Below, piece after piece: positions 41,429 through 59,793 of a stretch of 64,000 nt of DNA. The stretch comes from Octopus vulgaris (taxonomy: Eukaryota), in the NCBI GenBank assembly GCA_951406725.2, contig OX597815.1, forward strand, positions 69,688,001 to 69,752,000. Reading direction: 5' to 3'. The notes under the pieces are model-generated. The model did no database searches. It had not been told where the DNA came from and saw only the letters and a program-made list of their open reading frames with translations. The translations under genes were made by a program, and so were the position numbers. Numbering within the stretch: the first letter of the stretch is position 1; every line of letters starts with the position of its first letter.

Positions 41429-41485
41429 GTGTGCATATATATGTGTGTATATTTATATATATATATATATATACACACATGTATG

Positions 41486-41576
<91 letters not shown>

Positions 41577-42320
41577 ACATATATACACATTTACGTATGT
41601 GTGTGTATGCTTCCCTCCTTCACATACACTTTCTCTCCCTCTTCTCTCTCTCCCTTCTCTCACTTTGCCCCCTCTATCTATCTATCTATCTATCTTTCTC
41701 TGTCTTTCTCTCTCAATATACAGCTCTATCAATGAACCTTCCTCTTCATATCACAATTTCTGTCTCCTTCTTAAACCCCACCCGCCTGCCGTTCCTTCGC
41801 CACCCTGATATTAGTCAATTTCTGAAGTGCCCTCACCCGACGTCATAAAACCATCCACCCGAAATGAACAAAAGGAAGCAGCTACGTTATAGCCAGGACC
41901 GTAGCAACAACAACAACAACAACAACACTAAAAAAATGCAGAAAAAACACACAACAGCAATAGCAGCAACGACATGCAACAACAACAACAGCAACATAAA
42001 AATGTACAATTCTGACAACTGCAACAACTGCAGAAAAAAAATTACAGCAGCAAGAAATGCCAAAAATAGCATGCAATGACTGAATTCACAGAAATGGCAG
42101 CAAAAACAGAAACAACAGCAACAGCAGCAATAGTAGCAGCAGGTTATGTAATGCGAAACGCAACACTAACAACAACAACAACAATAGCAACAACAAAACA
42201 TAAAAGAGAAGCAGAAGTAGTAATATCAATAACAATACCAAAAAAAAACAGCATCAATTTCAGCTGAACAACCACCACCACCACTACCACCAGCCTCTTC
42301 TTTTTCACTCTCTTCCACAC

Positions 42321-42352
<32 letters not shown>

Positions 42353-43389
42353 CCACCACCCTCCTCCTTCTCATGATCATCACTGACATAGTTATCGTCA
42401 TCGTTATTGTCAGCGAGGGCAGTAGCAGCAGCAGCGGCAGTAGCAATTTCAACTACAACACAAACAATATGAACAGTAATCCAACCGCAGCCATCACTAC
42501 TAGCGCCAACATGAGAAGCGATATTACAGGCCAACGAATATGCCTCAGTTAAGTCGTGCGATTTGCTAGAAGTAACAACCAAATCTCCTCAAATTTCATT
42601 CAACCTTTAAGAAAAAACATATTGGCTAATATCGTCCTAAATGCACGAAGCTTTAAATACGACGAGATGAAAGGTTTAAAGATAATATAGTCCTGAATAC
42701 ACTGTGCCTTATATAAAATGAGATGGCCACGAGTGGAACATTATTGAGCAAGGATTAAACATCAGCTGCAAAAAGGACTTGGATAACAATACCAAAAGCA
42801 TCCTAACAAGATTCCTACCTTCACGTAGTACAAGACAGAATGGCTTACATTTCTGACCGGAACAAACGAAACAGCTACGTCAAAATAGTGTTACACCAGA
42901 GCATATTTGAAACATTGAACACTGGAGCCGTTCGAAGACCTATACAACATGGTCACACACCACTGATTTTCTACGCCGTTACTGTTAAATTACACCATAG
43001 CAATCCCTTGGGAGCAAGGATGGTTGTCCACTAGATTAAACTTCTGTGGAGTCGTATATGGATAGGTAGGTCAATGTGAGATCCCCAAAACTGGTCGCTG
43101 ACATGACGTTTTCGGAAGTAGATCTGACGTGTTGGTCACTTTCCCATTCCTTCTAAGTTCATGATTTTCTTTGAGATATTGTGGCCGAATTGGATGCTGG
43201 AATTGTCGGTGCTGGTACAGTAATGCAACCGCTCAAATATTCAGTCCTCAGAAGAGTAGAGGGTTTTTTTAAAAAAAAAAGACTTGTAATCTTCAATTCG
43301 GTTTCCGAGCCTATCTTTCAGCTTGGGTAATGATCAAACGTTGGGTAATGATCAAAAGAGTACGATCTTGAATGCAAGCGACCGAAAAA

Positions 43390-43620
43390 GGAGTTTCTCC
43401 GAATATCAAGGTGTCTCTCCAGGATTTAGGGATCACAGCTTCAGTACTACGGACATGTGGTCAGAGTGTCGTAGGAAAATATCACAGGAAGGATTCTTCA
43501 AGCCGAACAAACTGGCTAGAAACGTAGGGGTAGATCAAGCACAAAATGGTTGGATAATATCCAAAGTTTCAGTTGGTTACGCTTGGCAATCTAGCAGGAA
43601 AATGTAACGACGGTTGCTTC
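43390..43620 (+). mobile_element. Old RTE-clade LINE C-terminal fragment
   Basis: cagcttcagtactacggacatgtggtcaga = QLQYYGHVVR, then RILQAEQTG*KRRGRSSTKWLDNI, typical of the RTE post-RT region. Confidence 0.65.
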
Positions 43621-45329
43621 TGATAGGACTCTGTTGAGGAGGTGCCTGAGGACTCACAGAAGTGTTTTGCTCAAGAACACAGTGCACAGCCCAGTCCGAG
43701 AATAGAAACCATAAATTTACGATAGTGAATGTAACACCCTAACCACTAGGCTACGCAACTTATTATATTCTTATACTTCATAAACTGCATCCAGTAAAAT
43801 GAAACAAAAACAAATCTTTTGATAACCAACTTATTGTTCATTTACGTCCTCCAAGTATATTTGATCCATCGTCATGTTTCTTCAACAAAACTTACACGGC
43901 CTTCTAATATTCTTGATCCTTCAATCACTTCGTGTTCATATATCACCCACTTCATACTATCACTAACTTGGTTGTTGTCATAGCTTTTTTCAAATGCTGA
44001 ATTAATAATTTTTTCCAACCGTTCATCACCCACCCCTACCTCCAGAACTCAGATCTAGCCTCTCTTATCTTACAATTTCCTTTTCGCTTTCTATTTCAGT
44101 TAGCCTGCGACATCTACGACATTATCCTAATTATCGATGCCATAGAAACCATTCCGTAACTAACTGCACCAATAACACCAGAAAACCGATAAGAGACATC
44201 TCAAACACTCGGCAGTTTTTATTCGAGAAGAAATAAACCGATATTCTATTTATTCCACAGATTATTGAAATAAATGTATTCAGAGATTAAATATCCGTCT
44301 TTTTCTGCTTCAATATTCGTAATCGTCATTTCAATTAATGCATGATTAGTTTCATTAACTTTATGGAATTGAAAACAGAGTTGTTGTTGTAATCGTCGTC
44401 GTCGTCATCATCATCATCATCATCACTTTCATTATCATCATCATCATTTTTGTTTCATTTTCCGAATCTATATTTCTATTGTATTCACTTGTGTAAAAGT
44501 AATAACTTTTCTCTCTTTGACTTTACGTTCTTCAATTCAATTTCTTCCATATTTTCTTTCCTTCCTTTCATGTTAAAATGTTAAAAATATATTTCCTTTA
44601 GCTATCTCTTCTTTCGTTCTATAAGCAAATAAATCAAAATTATCACACAAAATACAGAACCATTTGTTTTATGTAAGTTTGTTAGCAAGAAAAACTATTA
44701 CATTTGCTTATATAATTGTGTTGATTCTTTGGAGGGTAATTATGCCAATAATAAATACTCGCACTGGTTCTATTTCACTTCTTTATTTATTTTTCAATTG
44801 GTTCACTATTTAACCAAGTAAGCGTTCGATTATTTGGTTAATCGTACGGTTAATCAGTCAAAGAGGTTTGTGAAAGTTCTTTCGTCTCCCGGTCTGCTTC
44901 AGCCTGTCTCTTTCTGAGACAAACCTGAAGCAGACCTGGAGTAGAGAGGGCATATCATTGATGAAGTCGCAAATGGCGACGAAAGAACTTTGACAAGCGT
45001 AACTGATTGACAAATTAATTGATTGATTGATTGATTCATTCATTCATTCATTCATTAATCGAACGATTAGTGAAACTATTTAGTAGTTAATTGGTTGAGT
45101 AGTTAACAAATTGATAGATAATAAAGGAATGAAATACAACCAGTGCGTGTGTTTATTATTGGCACAATGACCCTCTTGAGATACAACAAAATACGTTTTA
45201 AGACACGAATTTACATCAAGAGTCGCAAGAACTTTGCCGGCCAATTACGAAAGCTTATATACACTGTGTAATGTACAAACCCATATACACGTACACAAGA
45301 TACACATATTAAACACATAGACACATACT

Positions 45330-45374
<45 letters not shown>

Positions 45375-45691
45375 GATACAGACTAAATGCATGCACAGAT
45401 AGGAATACACGTGGAACAGAAAGTCGTTGAAGAGGTCAAAGAATGTGTGATGAAAGAACTCTGACAAATAAACTGATGATGATGATGATGATGATAAAAG
45501 ACACAAGGCCTAAAATTTGGGAGTAGGGGAGCAGTCGATTACATCGACCCCAGTGTTCCACTCGTACTAAACTTCTCGACTCCAAAAGGATGAAAGGCAA
45601 AGTCGACCTCGGTGGAATTTGAACTCAGAATGTAAAGACGGACGAAATGGCCCTAAGCATTTTGCCAGGTGTGCTAACGAATCTGCAAGTT

Positions 45692-46322
<631 letters not shown>

Positions 46323-46344
46323 AAAGACCAAAAACATTAAATGT

Positions 46345-47915
46345 GCCAACTCGTACTATGTTACTCACTTCACTTTTCAGGACTGAATTAATATATTTAT
46401 TTCTGCTGCTATTGTTTAGCAGGTGCTGCCTGAGTGATACCATACGGCATTCGAAGGCCGTCTGCACTAATCTCAGGCCTCTACCACCTTCATTTCTTCT
46501 TAGGTAGAACCTGTCAACATCACTATTTCTGTGGAAGTTGCCAGTTGTTGTCAGGATTTTGCGGGTTTTGATATCTATGGAGTGGATTTCCTCTACAGAC
46601 CAATCAAGTATCCCAAATATTGGGATCAGCACTGGTACTGCAAATGCATTGTGGGATATATGTTTTGCTTTGTTGTAAGAGGAGAGTTCCGACTGCCATA
46701 TTTTCCTAAGTCTGGTGTAATATTTTCGGGTCACTGTATCTTTATTCACACTGCCTTCATATGATACATTTTCGTCTATGCATACATACATACATACATA
46801 CATACATACATACATACATACATACATACATACATGCATACATACATACGTACATACATACATACATTCATACATACATACATACATACATACATACATA
46901 CATACATACATACATACATACATACATACATACATACATGTCCTGCAAACCCTGGTGGAACAATATTCTTTGTGTGGAATGGGTGAAATAAAGATATCAT
47001 TGCTGCACAGGTTTTGGGTTTGGGGGACTGACTTACCTCGTTCTATAACCAAATATGAACATTCCTTTTGGCCAAATTCCATGCCTATATCAGCTGAAAA
47101 TATTGCTATTAATTCCAGTTGTATTTTGGCATTGTTAACACTTTTAGCATAAATCTTCAGGTCGTCTACAAAGAAATTATGAGTTACATTGATATTTCTG
47201 GCAGTTGAAGATCCTAGCATGTAACCATTTGTTTTCTGTAGTAGAAACGACAATGGATTCCATGCCAAAATGAAAAGAAGTACAGAAATGCTATCTCCAT
47301 AGAATATTCCCTTTGTGATGCCTGTACTATTAGAAACAATTATTCTGTTCTCAGTTGGAAGGGTGAGAATAGTTGTCCATGTCTTTGTGAGTCCCTATAT
47401 AGCAACAATTAAGGTAGTAGGTACCTTTGCCAGATGTAGGCACTTCAACAGCCATGAATGAGGGACAAAGTCGAATGCCTTCTTATTGTCAAGCCATACT
47501 GTCACAAGGTTTCTGCGTTGTTTTCTTACTTCAGACAGTACAGCTTTGTTTATTAAAAGTTGATCGACACATACCCACACTTCCTTCTTTCTACCAGCCT
47601 GTTCATCAGTCACAATGTTGTTCGACTCACAATAGTCCTGGAGGAATTGGTTGAGGCAACTTGTGTACAGTTTGTATATAATGCTTAGACAAGCAATGGG
47701 CTTGTAGTTTCCTGCCATCTCGGTGATTTCGTTTTTGGCAACAAGATTTGTCTTTGCTGTAACAAGCCAATGTGGTATATCAGTCTGATCTTCCATAGTC
47801 CTTTTGAACATATACATCAATTTGGTTTCTATAAAATGTCAGCTTCTTGTACCAATATCAGTCCATTAGGTCCCTGTGCCTTCCCACCTTATAGCGAAAG
47901 TTCCTGCATCAAGAT
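46345..47915 (-). mobile_element. Internal RT fragment of a divergent R4/Dong-like LINE, disrupted by an insertion at 46779-46963
   Basis: ORF 47395-47820 NYKPIACLS..DQLLINKAVL..VWLDNKKAFDFVPHSWL; ORF 46321-47268 THNFFVDDLKIY..DIGMEFG..DVDRFYLRRNEGGRGL. Confidence 0.92.
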
Positions 47916-49212
47916 GGCATGTATGTATGTATGTATGTATGTATGTATGTATGTATGTATGTATGTATGTATGTATGTATGCATGCATGTATGTATGTAT
48001 GTATGTATGTATGTATGTATGTATGTATGTATGTATGTATGTATGTATGTATGTATGTATGTGTGTATGTATGTATGATTTGTAGTGTATTGTATTTGGG
48101 TTAACAAGAGCGAAAATACTCTCAGCAGAGACGAGATTATGAATTGGTGTCAATTTTCGCTTGATGCCTTCTTTATATATACTACTGGCTAGTTGGTTCT
48201 CCGTCACTTTCAACGACAAGTATTCAATTGTTCGATCAACTGAATTACCTGCTCATCGAACTGACGTGTAAGTGGCTGAGTATTCCACAAACATGTGCAC
48301 CCTTAACGTAATTTCCAGCCAGAATCGTTGTGACAAGGCTGTACCTTTTGCATTACTAGTAAAATCCATCCCACAGGCTTCTGTGCAGTTTCCGTTTACC
48401 TAATTTCCGTTTACCTCTATATTTCTATTGTATTCTATGGAATTTACTTCGAGCGATTGGAGGTTATAAAAAAATCACATTTACCCAAGATATCACCTAG
48501 TAAGATCGAACTCAGAACTTCTCGACGTTTTTAGCGAAACGAACTTCTAGACGTTTTTAGGGAACTCAATATCACAAATACCCGTCTCCCCTACAGAATT
48601 ACAGGTTTGCAGGATATGTATTATTTTATAGTTTCCTACTTTGGCAGCAAGGCGGCGAGCTGGCAGAATCGTTAGCAGGTCGGTCAAAAGTGCTTAGTGG
48701 TATTTCTTCCGGCTCTTTACATTCCATGTTCAATCCCTAGGATCGATGTATTCGACTTACCCTTACTTTCAAAATTGCTGACCTCGAACCCTGTAACAGA
48801 CCGGTATCCCATTCAGAGGTAATTTTGGGATCTCGGCCATTTATACACGTCATGGAAACCGGCAGTCCTAGGGCTTAAGGAAATAAAAAGCAAGAAAGAC
48901 ATTGGCAGTGGGGCATCAGAAGTATTTAATGCTGTTCTTGAACATTTTTATTTGAAAGTCTTTTGGAGCAAACTTGCCTTTTCCCCTGTTGTGGCCTACA
49001 AACTAAAGGCTAGTAATATCGATTTAATTGATTACTCTCTTCCCTGACGTATAAATTTGTGGCTTGTATTAATGTAAAAACAAACAATAATCCACATCTG
49101 TATAGTATGCATGCTAGTGCAGTAAAGTGTATGAGCAGTGGTTTTGTTTTGTTATTGTTGTTTAGTGCTAGATCAGCCTAAATCAAACAGAATCATTTTC
49201 AAAGATACAATA

Positions 49213-49455
49213 GGCGTAGACATGGCTGCGTGGTTAAAATGATCGCTTTGCAACCTCGTAGTTTTGGATTTCGACTCACAACACGGCACCCTGAGTATAT
49301 GTATTCTCGTATAGCTTCTGGTCGAGTAGTGCCTTGTGAATGAATAAAGTAGATGGAAATTGTGTGGAGGCATGTTGTGTATATATATTTATCTGAATGT
49401 AAGTGTGCATATATTTATGCGTGTATATCTTTATGAAACTGTGGAAGCCTGGAAG
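49213..49455 (+). mobile_element. SINE family B 5' part (tRNA head and core)
   Basis: ggcgtagacatggctgcgtggttaa...gccttgtgaatgaataaagtagatggaaattgtgtgga. Confidence 0.7.
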
Positions 49456-49460
49456 CCTGT

Positions 49461-49515
<55 letters not shown>

Positions 49516-49602
49516 GTGTGTGTGTGTGTGTATGTGTGTGTATGTGTGTGTATTTGTGTATGTGTGTGTGTATGTGTGTGTGTGTGTGTGTATACATACA
49601 TA

Positions 49603-50170
49603 TTGGGCCATCCCATAAATAATGCGGATTTTCAGTTGCATGAACTAAAAGTCGGAGGTGGACGGGATAAACTATCTGCATCAACTTGCTATAAAAGCAG
49701 GTAGTAATTTTTCTTTGTACTTATTCTTGGTGCAAGTTTTGAAGAGAGCAGCTCAATTTTAACAATTATTTTTTCAGTTATAATGGAAGTGACAAAGGAG
49801 CATATTCGGCATATTTTGCTTTATGAGTTCAATAAAGGCAATAACGCAACGGAAAGTGTAAGGAATATTAATGCAATATATGGGGATCGGACAATAAACA
49901 TAAGCCAGTGTCAACCGTGATTTCAGAAACTCCGGGTCGGAAACTAAAGCCTAGAAGACGAGCCTCGTGCTGGAAGATCTGTAGAGCTTGATGAGGACGT
50001 CCTGCAAACCCTGGTGGAACAAAATCCCAAACCGTTCATCGACACCTGCGTTCCATCGGAAAGGTCAGCAAATTGGGTCAATGGATTCCTTTCCGAGTCA
50101 AATCGCGCGCAGATTGCATGTGTATTCTTCTTTGCTGTTACATCTCATGAATGAACCGTTTTTGGACCGA
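49603..50170 (+). mobile_element. Mariner transposon 5' fragment (left TIR and decayed transposase N-terminus)
   Basis: TA then ttgggccatcccataaataatgcgg; from ATG 49783: MEVTKEHIRHILLYEFNKGNNATESVRNINAIYG...SLEDEPRAGRSVELDEDVLQTLVEQNP, later GKVSKLGQWIP (WVPHEL motif) and NEPFLDR. Confidence 0.9.
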
Positions 50171-50174
50171 AAGC

Positions 50175-50975
50175 AGGAGGTGTCTCCAGAAGGGTAACCT
50201 AAAAAAAATACTGAAAGCCTAATCATCACGGCCCAGGATCAGGCATTGAATACCAACTCAGTGAAAAAGAATATATACCAGACAAGTTCATCGGACCTCT
50301 GTAGAATGGGTGGCTAGAGGGTCGAAAGTGTGACTCACATTGTTATTGCTTGTGACAGTTTTGCACAGAAAGAGTACAAGCGTAGACACGACAAAGTGGC
50401 CCAAAATCTCCATTGGCTACTATGTCGGAAGTATGGATATGAGGTTACAGGTGCTTACTATCAACATACATCGGAAATGGTAACGGACGAAAAGGGGAAA
50501 GCAAAAATCCTCTGGGACTTTGATTTCCAGACAGACAAAGTGTTAGAGCACCGAAGGCTGGATATAGTAAATTTTAGGAGGGACAAACAAGAGTGCTTAA
50601 TAATCGACGTAGCAGCGCCAGGAGATCAACACATCATCATGAAAGAAAGAGAAAAAGTTGATAAATATGGAGACCTGATAATTGAGATCGCTAAGATGTG
50701 GCAGCTACGAAAGTCGAACATAAAGGTTATCCCTATTGTCATCGGAGCATTGGGTTCAATACCACCCAATCTGAAAAAAATAAGACATCTGAAAACCTTA
50801 GAAATATCCTACAAACTAGATGTATTATAAAAGTCGGCACTACTTAGAACTACGGAAGTAAAGTACTGTCTGATTGAGATCCTTGTTGTGACTTGACAAA
50901 CAGTACAAACTCCCGGAAGATACAATATCTTCAATCAACAACCTCACGATATTGTATACTCTGCGACGTCTATAG
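50175..50975 (+). mobile_element. R4/Dong-like LINE 3' fragment (knuckle and RLE) with (TAG/TAA)n tail
   Basis: ORF 50330-50830 THIVIACDSFAQKEYKRRHDKVA..LHW..ILWDFDFQTD..RLDIV..IIDVAAP..KYGDL..PIVIGALG. Confidence 0.92.
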
Positions 50976-50994
50976 TAGTAGTAGTAATAATAAT

Positions 50995-54090
<3,096 letters not shown>

Positions 54091-54099
54091 TTAATAATA

Positions 54100-54184
<85 letters not shown>

Positions 54185-55215
54185 TAATAATAATAATAGA
54201 AGTGAACTAGAACCAGTGCGTGTGTTTATTATGGGCATGATAAAAATCCCGAGATACACGAGTTCACATCAAGAATCTTGTAAGCCAAAATACAAAAACC
54301 AAATAACTTTAGTACAATTTCCTGTTTTCGCCCTAAAATTTTTCAAAGTTTGGTACAAGACCAGAAACTGGAAGGGATGAGCGTTAGTCGATGAAATCGA
54401 TCCCAGTACGTGATTTGTACTGTATGTTATCGACTACGGAGAGGTGAAAGGAAAAGTTGACCAAGATAGAATTGCTATGAAAAGAATCGGAAGAAATACC
54501 TGAAAGCATTTTGTCCGATGCCCTATCGATCCTGCCAATTCACTACCTTACCTTTCCTTACATTGATATCTTTGTCTAAACAAAATATTACAAATATTTT
54601 TGCCAAAATTTTATCCTATCAATAGTAGAATCTATGCTTATTTTGCTAATAATACACACACACAGTTATACATACATACAAACAAACATACATACATACA
54701 TACATACATACATACATACATACATACATACATACATACATACATGCATGCATGCATACATGCATACCTACATACATACATACGTACATATACATATATG
54801 CGCGTGTGTATTGTAATTTGCTTGAGGAATTGCATTCTATGTAAATTATATCAGTGTTTGCAAAAACCCTTTGAGCAAGGCAGGTGAGAAGTTAATTAAA
54901 ATATGCAATGTCATATAAATAAATGAATATAAAGCGAAAAGATATTGCATTACCTTATATTGATTGTCCAATGATCTTTTAATATTTCGGAAAAAGATTC
55001 CCTCTTTCAAATAGAAAAAAGAAAATGATCAAAGAGTTTGGAAAAATATGTCGTTATCGGTAGGCCATTCTAGTATGCTGAAGATGTATACAATATCTTT
55101 CGCTTTGTCTTCATTTATTGCCATCACTTTACATATTTTACTTAAATTTCCACCTGCTTTGCTCAAAGGTTTTTGCAAACATTTATCTCATTTATCACTT
55201 ATACATATTGCAATG

Positions 55216-55304
<89 letters not shown>

Positions 55305-55342
55305 TACATATATGTATACATATATATATATGCATATATATA

Positions 55343-55393
<51 letters not shown>

Positions 55394-55425
55394 TATACAT
55401 ATATATATATATAGATAGATAGATA

Positions 55426-55542
<117 letters not shown>

Positions 55543-56361
55543 TCGAAATGTATCACTTAATCGTTTATAAATTTTCATATAATTTTCTTAAATAGCAATC
55601 TCAACTTCTTTTTCTTTAAACTTCTACACATGTAGAAAAACATTTCTACGTGTGTGTATGTGTGTGTATTTTATTTATATACATACATACATACATACGA
55701 CGGACATTGAAAGCATGTAGTCAGATTGAACCTAAGACGAAACGGTTACGAAGCGAACTTCTTTACCGACACGGTTAAAATTGCATCTTGTATATATTTT
55801 ACCTTATTCTTGTTTAGCTTTTATCATCTTTTGTTTTGTTTTTTCGTTTTCTTTTGTTCTTTCATATTAACAAGCTGGTATGAAACGACAGACGTTCAGT
55901 AAAGTTTACAACGAAGAGAATATTAAAAGGCTGAGGCAAGCAACTTCTGTTCAACATCTGACACCTAAATGTTACACGTAGAACAACAAACCTTCCAGAA
56001 AGGAAATAGCTATACTCGACCATCAAAGCAGAATGAAAAGCCAACCTCTGCTACAGTAAGATAAAGTATTTTGTGTCTTTGTCTTCACATTTGAACTAAT
56101 TCCAGTGACGGAAATATTCGTAATGGCGTACATTAACGTTTTAATCTGTTTTTATGGCTTAAACCGAAAACTAATTCTTGAATAAAAGTATGGACTTCTT
56201 TTATATCGAGGAATTCTAAGCATTGTTTTACAATATAGCGCCTTTTAGTTCTCGAATTCTTTTGTTGGTTTCGTTCCTTCATTTATATTCTTCCTTTCAT
56301 TGTTTGTATCATTCTTCCTTCCATACCAGATTCACCCCACCATTTCATCTCCATTACTCTG

Positions 56362-56433
<72 letters not shown>

Positions 56434-57983
56434 GCTATCTATCTATTTGTCTATCTATCTGTCTGTATGTATGTCTGTCTGTCTATCCATCTTCCTACCA
56501 ACCTGTATGTCTATCTATATAGATTTCTATCTCATTAACATCATCACTATCTCTTCATCTCTGTCTGTTTCACTCTCTCACTCTCTTTTACTATCTCTTT
56601 CTCACTGTCAGTTTCCCTTTCCTACTTTTCTTCATTTACTTCTTTCTGTCTTTTCCAATATAATTTTTGCATTTTTTTTCAAGTTAGGTTGACCTACATT
56701 ATTTTCATTAAATGCGAGTCCTGAAAATACGATGTCAAGGATAAGATAACAGCAAGTAGTGGTCTGTGTTAAGGAGAAGAACCATTTTCATACACGATAC
56801 ACAACATTGAATATGAATCAGGGATCAGTCTTAGCTAACCGATCTGTACCCTACATGTTCCAATGATAAATTTCCAATGATAAATAACATATCGCTAAAT
56901 AATGAGTTCCCGACAGATGATGTTATTCGAGGAAAAAACATTATAGACATTATTTAAAACAAGGTTAGAGATTTGGTAAAGATGATATAAGGCTGGCTTA
57001 AAATCTTTTGCAAAGTTTAATTTCGGTATTAAATATTCCAATTTCAAACCTTGTTGGAAATTGTCTGCCATCATCTATAACTTGATGATTTCCAAAAAAC
57101 AGGTCTGTCCTTTTTTCCTTAATTGTATGTCAGCTTTTAGAGAAACCTTGATTCTTGGTATTTTCTCCTCTTCTCAAGTGGAGCTTGCCTTTTGGTAATT
57201 CTGACATCCTCTAGAGACGAAGATAGTTTTAATAAATCAAGAATTTATGTTGTATAGTATTTGATATACCTGTATTTTTCAATGTTCTTCAAAGGCTACT
57301 CAGATATATTTCTTAGACCCGATTTTTTTTTTAATTATGCAAATTACCTAGGCCATAAATGTGTTCTACTCTTTTTGCATATGTCTATGCCCTCTGACCA
57401 CTGATGACGATTATTGAGCTAGAAACATGTGTCCATAACCGTCCTTAATGGCATATCAGCTTTGGTGAATTGTTGATTGCTGAGACTGTCTCTCTTCTCA
57501 TGTGGAACTGTTCTCAATTACTATTTGGTAATCATGATACTTCCTTTAAGGCGGGGATAATTTTAATAAATCAAGAATTTATGTTGTATGGTATTTAACT
57601 TACCAGTATTTGTCTATGCTGTTCATACACATGCCGCTGGTCACTCTGAGTTATTCCTCTTGGCTCATTTTTGCTGAAATTATACTTTTATTAAATTTAG
57701 ATGGGTTAGCGGATTAGCAGATTCATTAGAACATCGAGATAAAAACATCTTGAGATGTTTATTCTGGTTCCTACAAACGTTTTCTCTAATCAGCGCGCCA
57801 GCACGCATGCACACTTGCTTTACAACTAACATACAAAGGAAAAAATATGTGCACACACAAGGTTTTCTTGATGAAATCGAATATTCTTTTTACTTGAAAA
57901 TGATTACTCGCAGTAAAAGTAAAAGCAATATATTTCAACATTATAACATTGTATAACAAAATACTTATTTATTTGTTTATTTC

Positions 57984-58424
57984 GTCTTTGGTAGTAAATG
58001 TTGTTTCCTATTTGCTTCTATATTGATATCAAAGGAAAAGACCACTATTCCCTTCAAACTTTGCTTTTGTGACCTGGACATCAATGTTTTGAGACTGACC
58101 TATTTTCCATTACATTTCAGACAGATTCAATGTTAGGTTGCTGAAGCAGAAATATCGTAATAGCAAATATTCTGCTCAATACCACAAATTTGCCCGTCAG
58201 TTGCTTGACCTTAACCACTTGAGCATGTCTCTTAGTGGCTAACAATATGTGCATCTCTGATCACGAGCTCAAGTAATGGGGGAGCATCCTAGCCATGTGT
58301 CGAGACGGATTCTTTGGGGTTTGAATAAATGTAACAAAAGCAAAGTTTGAAGGAAATATTAGCCATCATTTTTTATACTTTCTAGGGAGAAACAAATAGG
58401 AAATAACAGTTGCTACCCAAGGAC
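57984..58424. repeat. Repeat with ~95-bp inverted outer arms enclosing part of the 45692 family
   Basis: tttcctatttg..ccttcaaactttgcttttgt (57984-58075) versus acaaaagcaaagtttgaagg..caaataggaaa (58328-58424). Confidence 0.7.
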
Positions 58425-59760
58425 AAAAAAGTGTGTTATACAGTGACAGTTAAACTGCAATTTTCAAAAGCATTTGTTTTTTGTCCATCTATTGGTGAAG
58501 GAATTGCTTGGACATATAATTTCATCTTTACATAACTGTTTGAAGTATCTTTCTGTGCCCAGGGTTAAATATATGTATATATTTTAATAATAGATTAATA
58601 ATTTACCTGATCATTTTCATTTGTCATTTCTTAGCTATTATTCAAGCTAAATATATATTTACATACACATACTAACACACACATATATGTATGTAATGTA
58701 TATATGTATATATGTATGTACATATGTATGTGTGTAGACATAATATAATATATATGTATATATATATACACATGTATATACATGTATATTTATATGTTCA
58801 TATATATACTCATATAAGTAGTTGTGTGTATGCATATATATGTATGTGTATATGTGTATACACATGCACACACACGTTCACATGCACACACACACACAGA
58901 AACGCGCAAGCACACCTACAGATGTACTCATCCGCACAAACGTGTAATCTTCCTTTGAATATTTTACTATAAGTGGGCCATCAATATTCCTTTCAACCTG
59001 TCACATCCATGAATTTGTCTGCGTGTGTAAGTATATACGTATGAATGTGTGTGTATATATGTACGTACATATATGTGTGTGTGTGCGTGTGTGCATGCAT
59101 CGACATGTATATATACATATGCACATGCATACACATGTAGTGGCATGCATACCTATATCTATACAGAAAAGCACACATTCAAATCTTCTAGGTTGTGAAC
59201 AAAGGAGAAAGAGAGCATTCAATACATGTAGTAAAGTTTATTATTTCTTTCAATTGAATTTTGTTTTTTCGTAATTCGAGTTTCATGGCAATGCGATCTT
59301 CAGGCGTTATTTCTGCAGATTGTGAAACATCTACATTCACAACTGATTTTCTGGTGGATTTGAAAGAAACCAAGAACAATTTTTACAAATATTCTTCAAT
59401 TGATTTTGATTCTACTTAAGAACGAAGAAGTTTCACAATCAGTTCAAGTCTGAAAATATTTTTATGCACTTATGTCTCTCAGAGAGTTCAGCCTGATGAA
59501 GAAAACGAAACTTCCGATGCAGAGCTGTCTGAATATGAAAACTAAATATTGAAACTAATTTTTAAATAAAAGAATTTAAATTATTGAAAATATATACAGC
59601 AAAAGAAATATGTCGTTTTTCAATTTATTTAACGAAGAACAAAGAGAAAACAGAATTATTTTTTTTTTCAGTAAGCCTTTCTCTCTCTCTCTTGCAAAGC
59701 ATACAGAACAATGACAAATGTGTTTACTTACACCCACCAACACACACATATATGTACGTA

Positions 59761-59793
<33 letters not shown>

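Noticed and set aside
42800-43250. Possible minus-strand RTE endonuclease remnant
   Set aside because: Only a vague resemblance over about 20 codons
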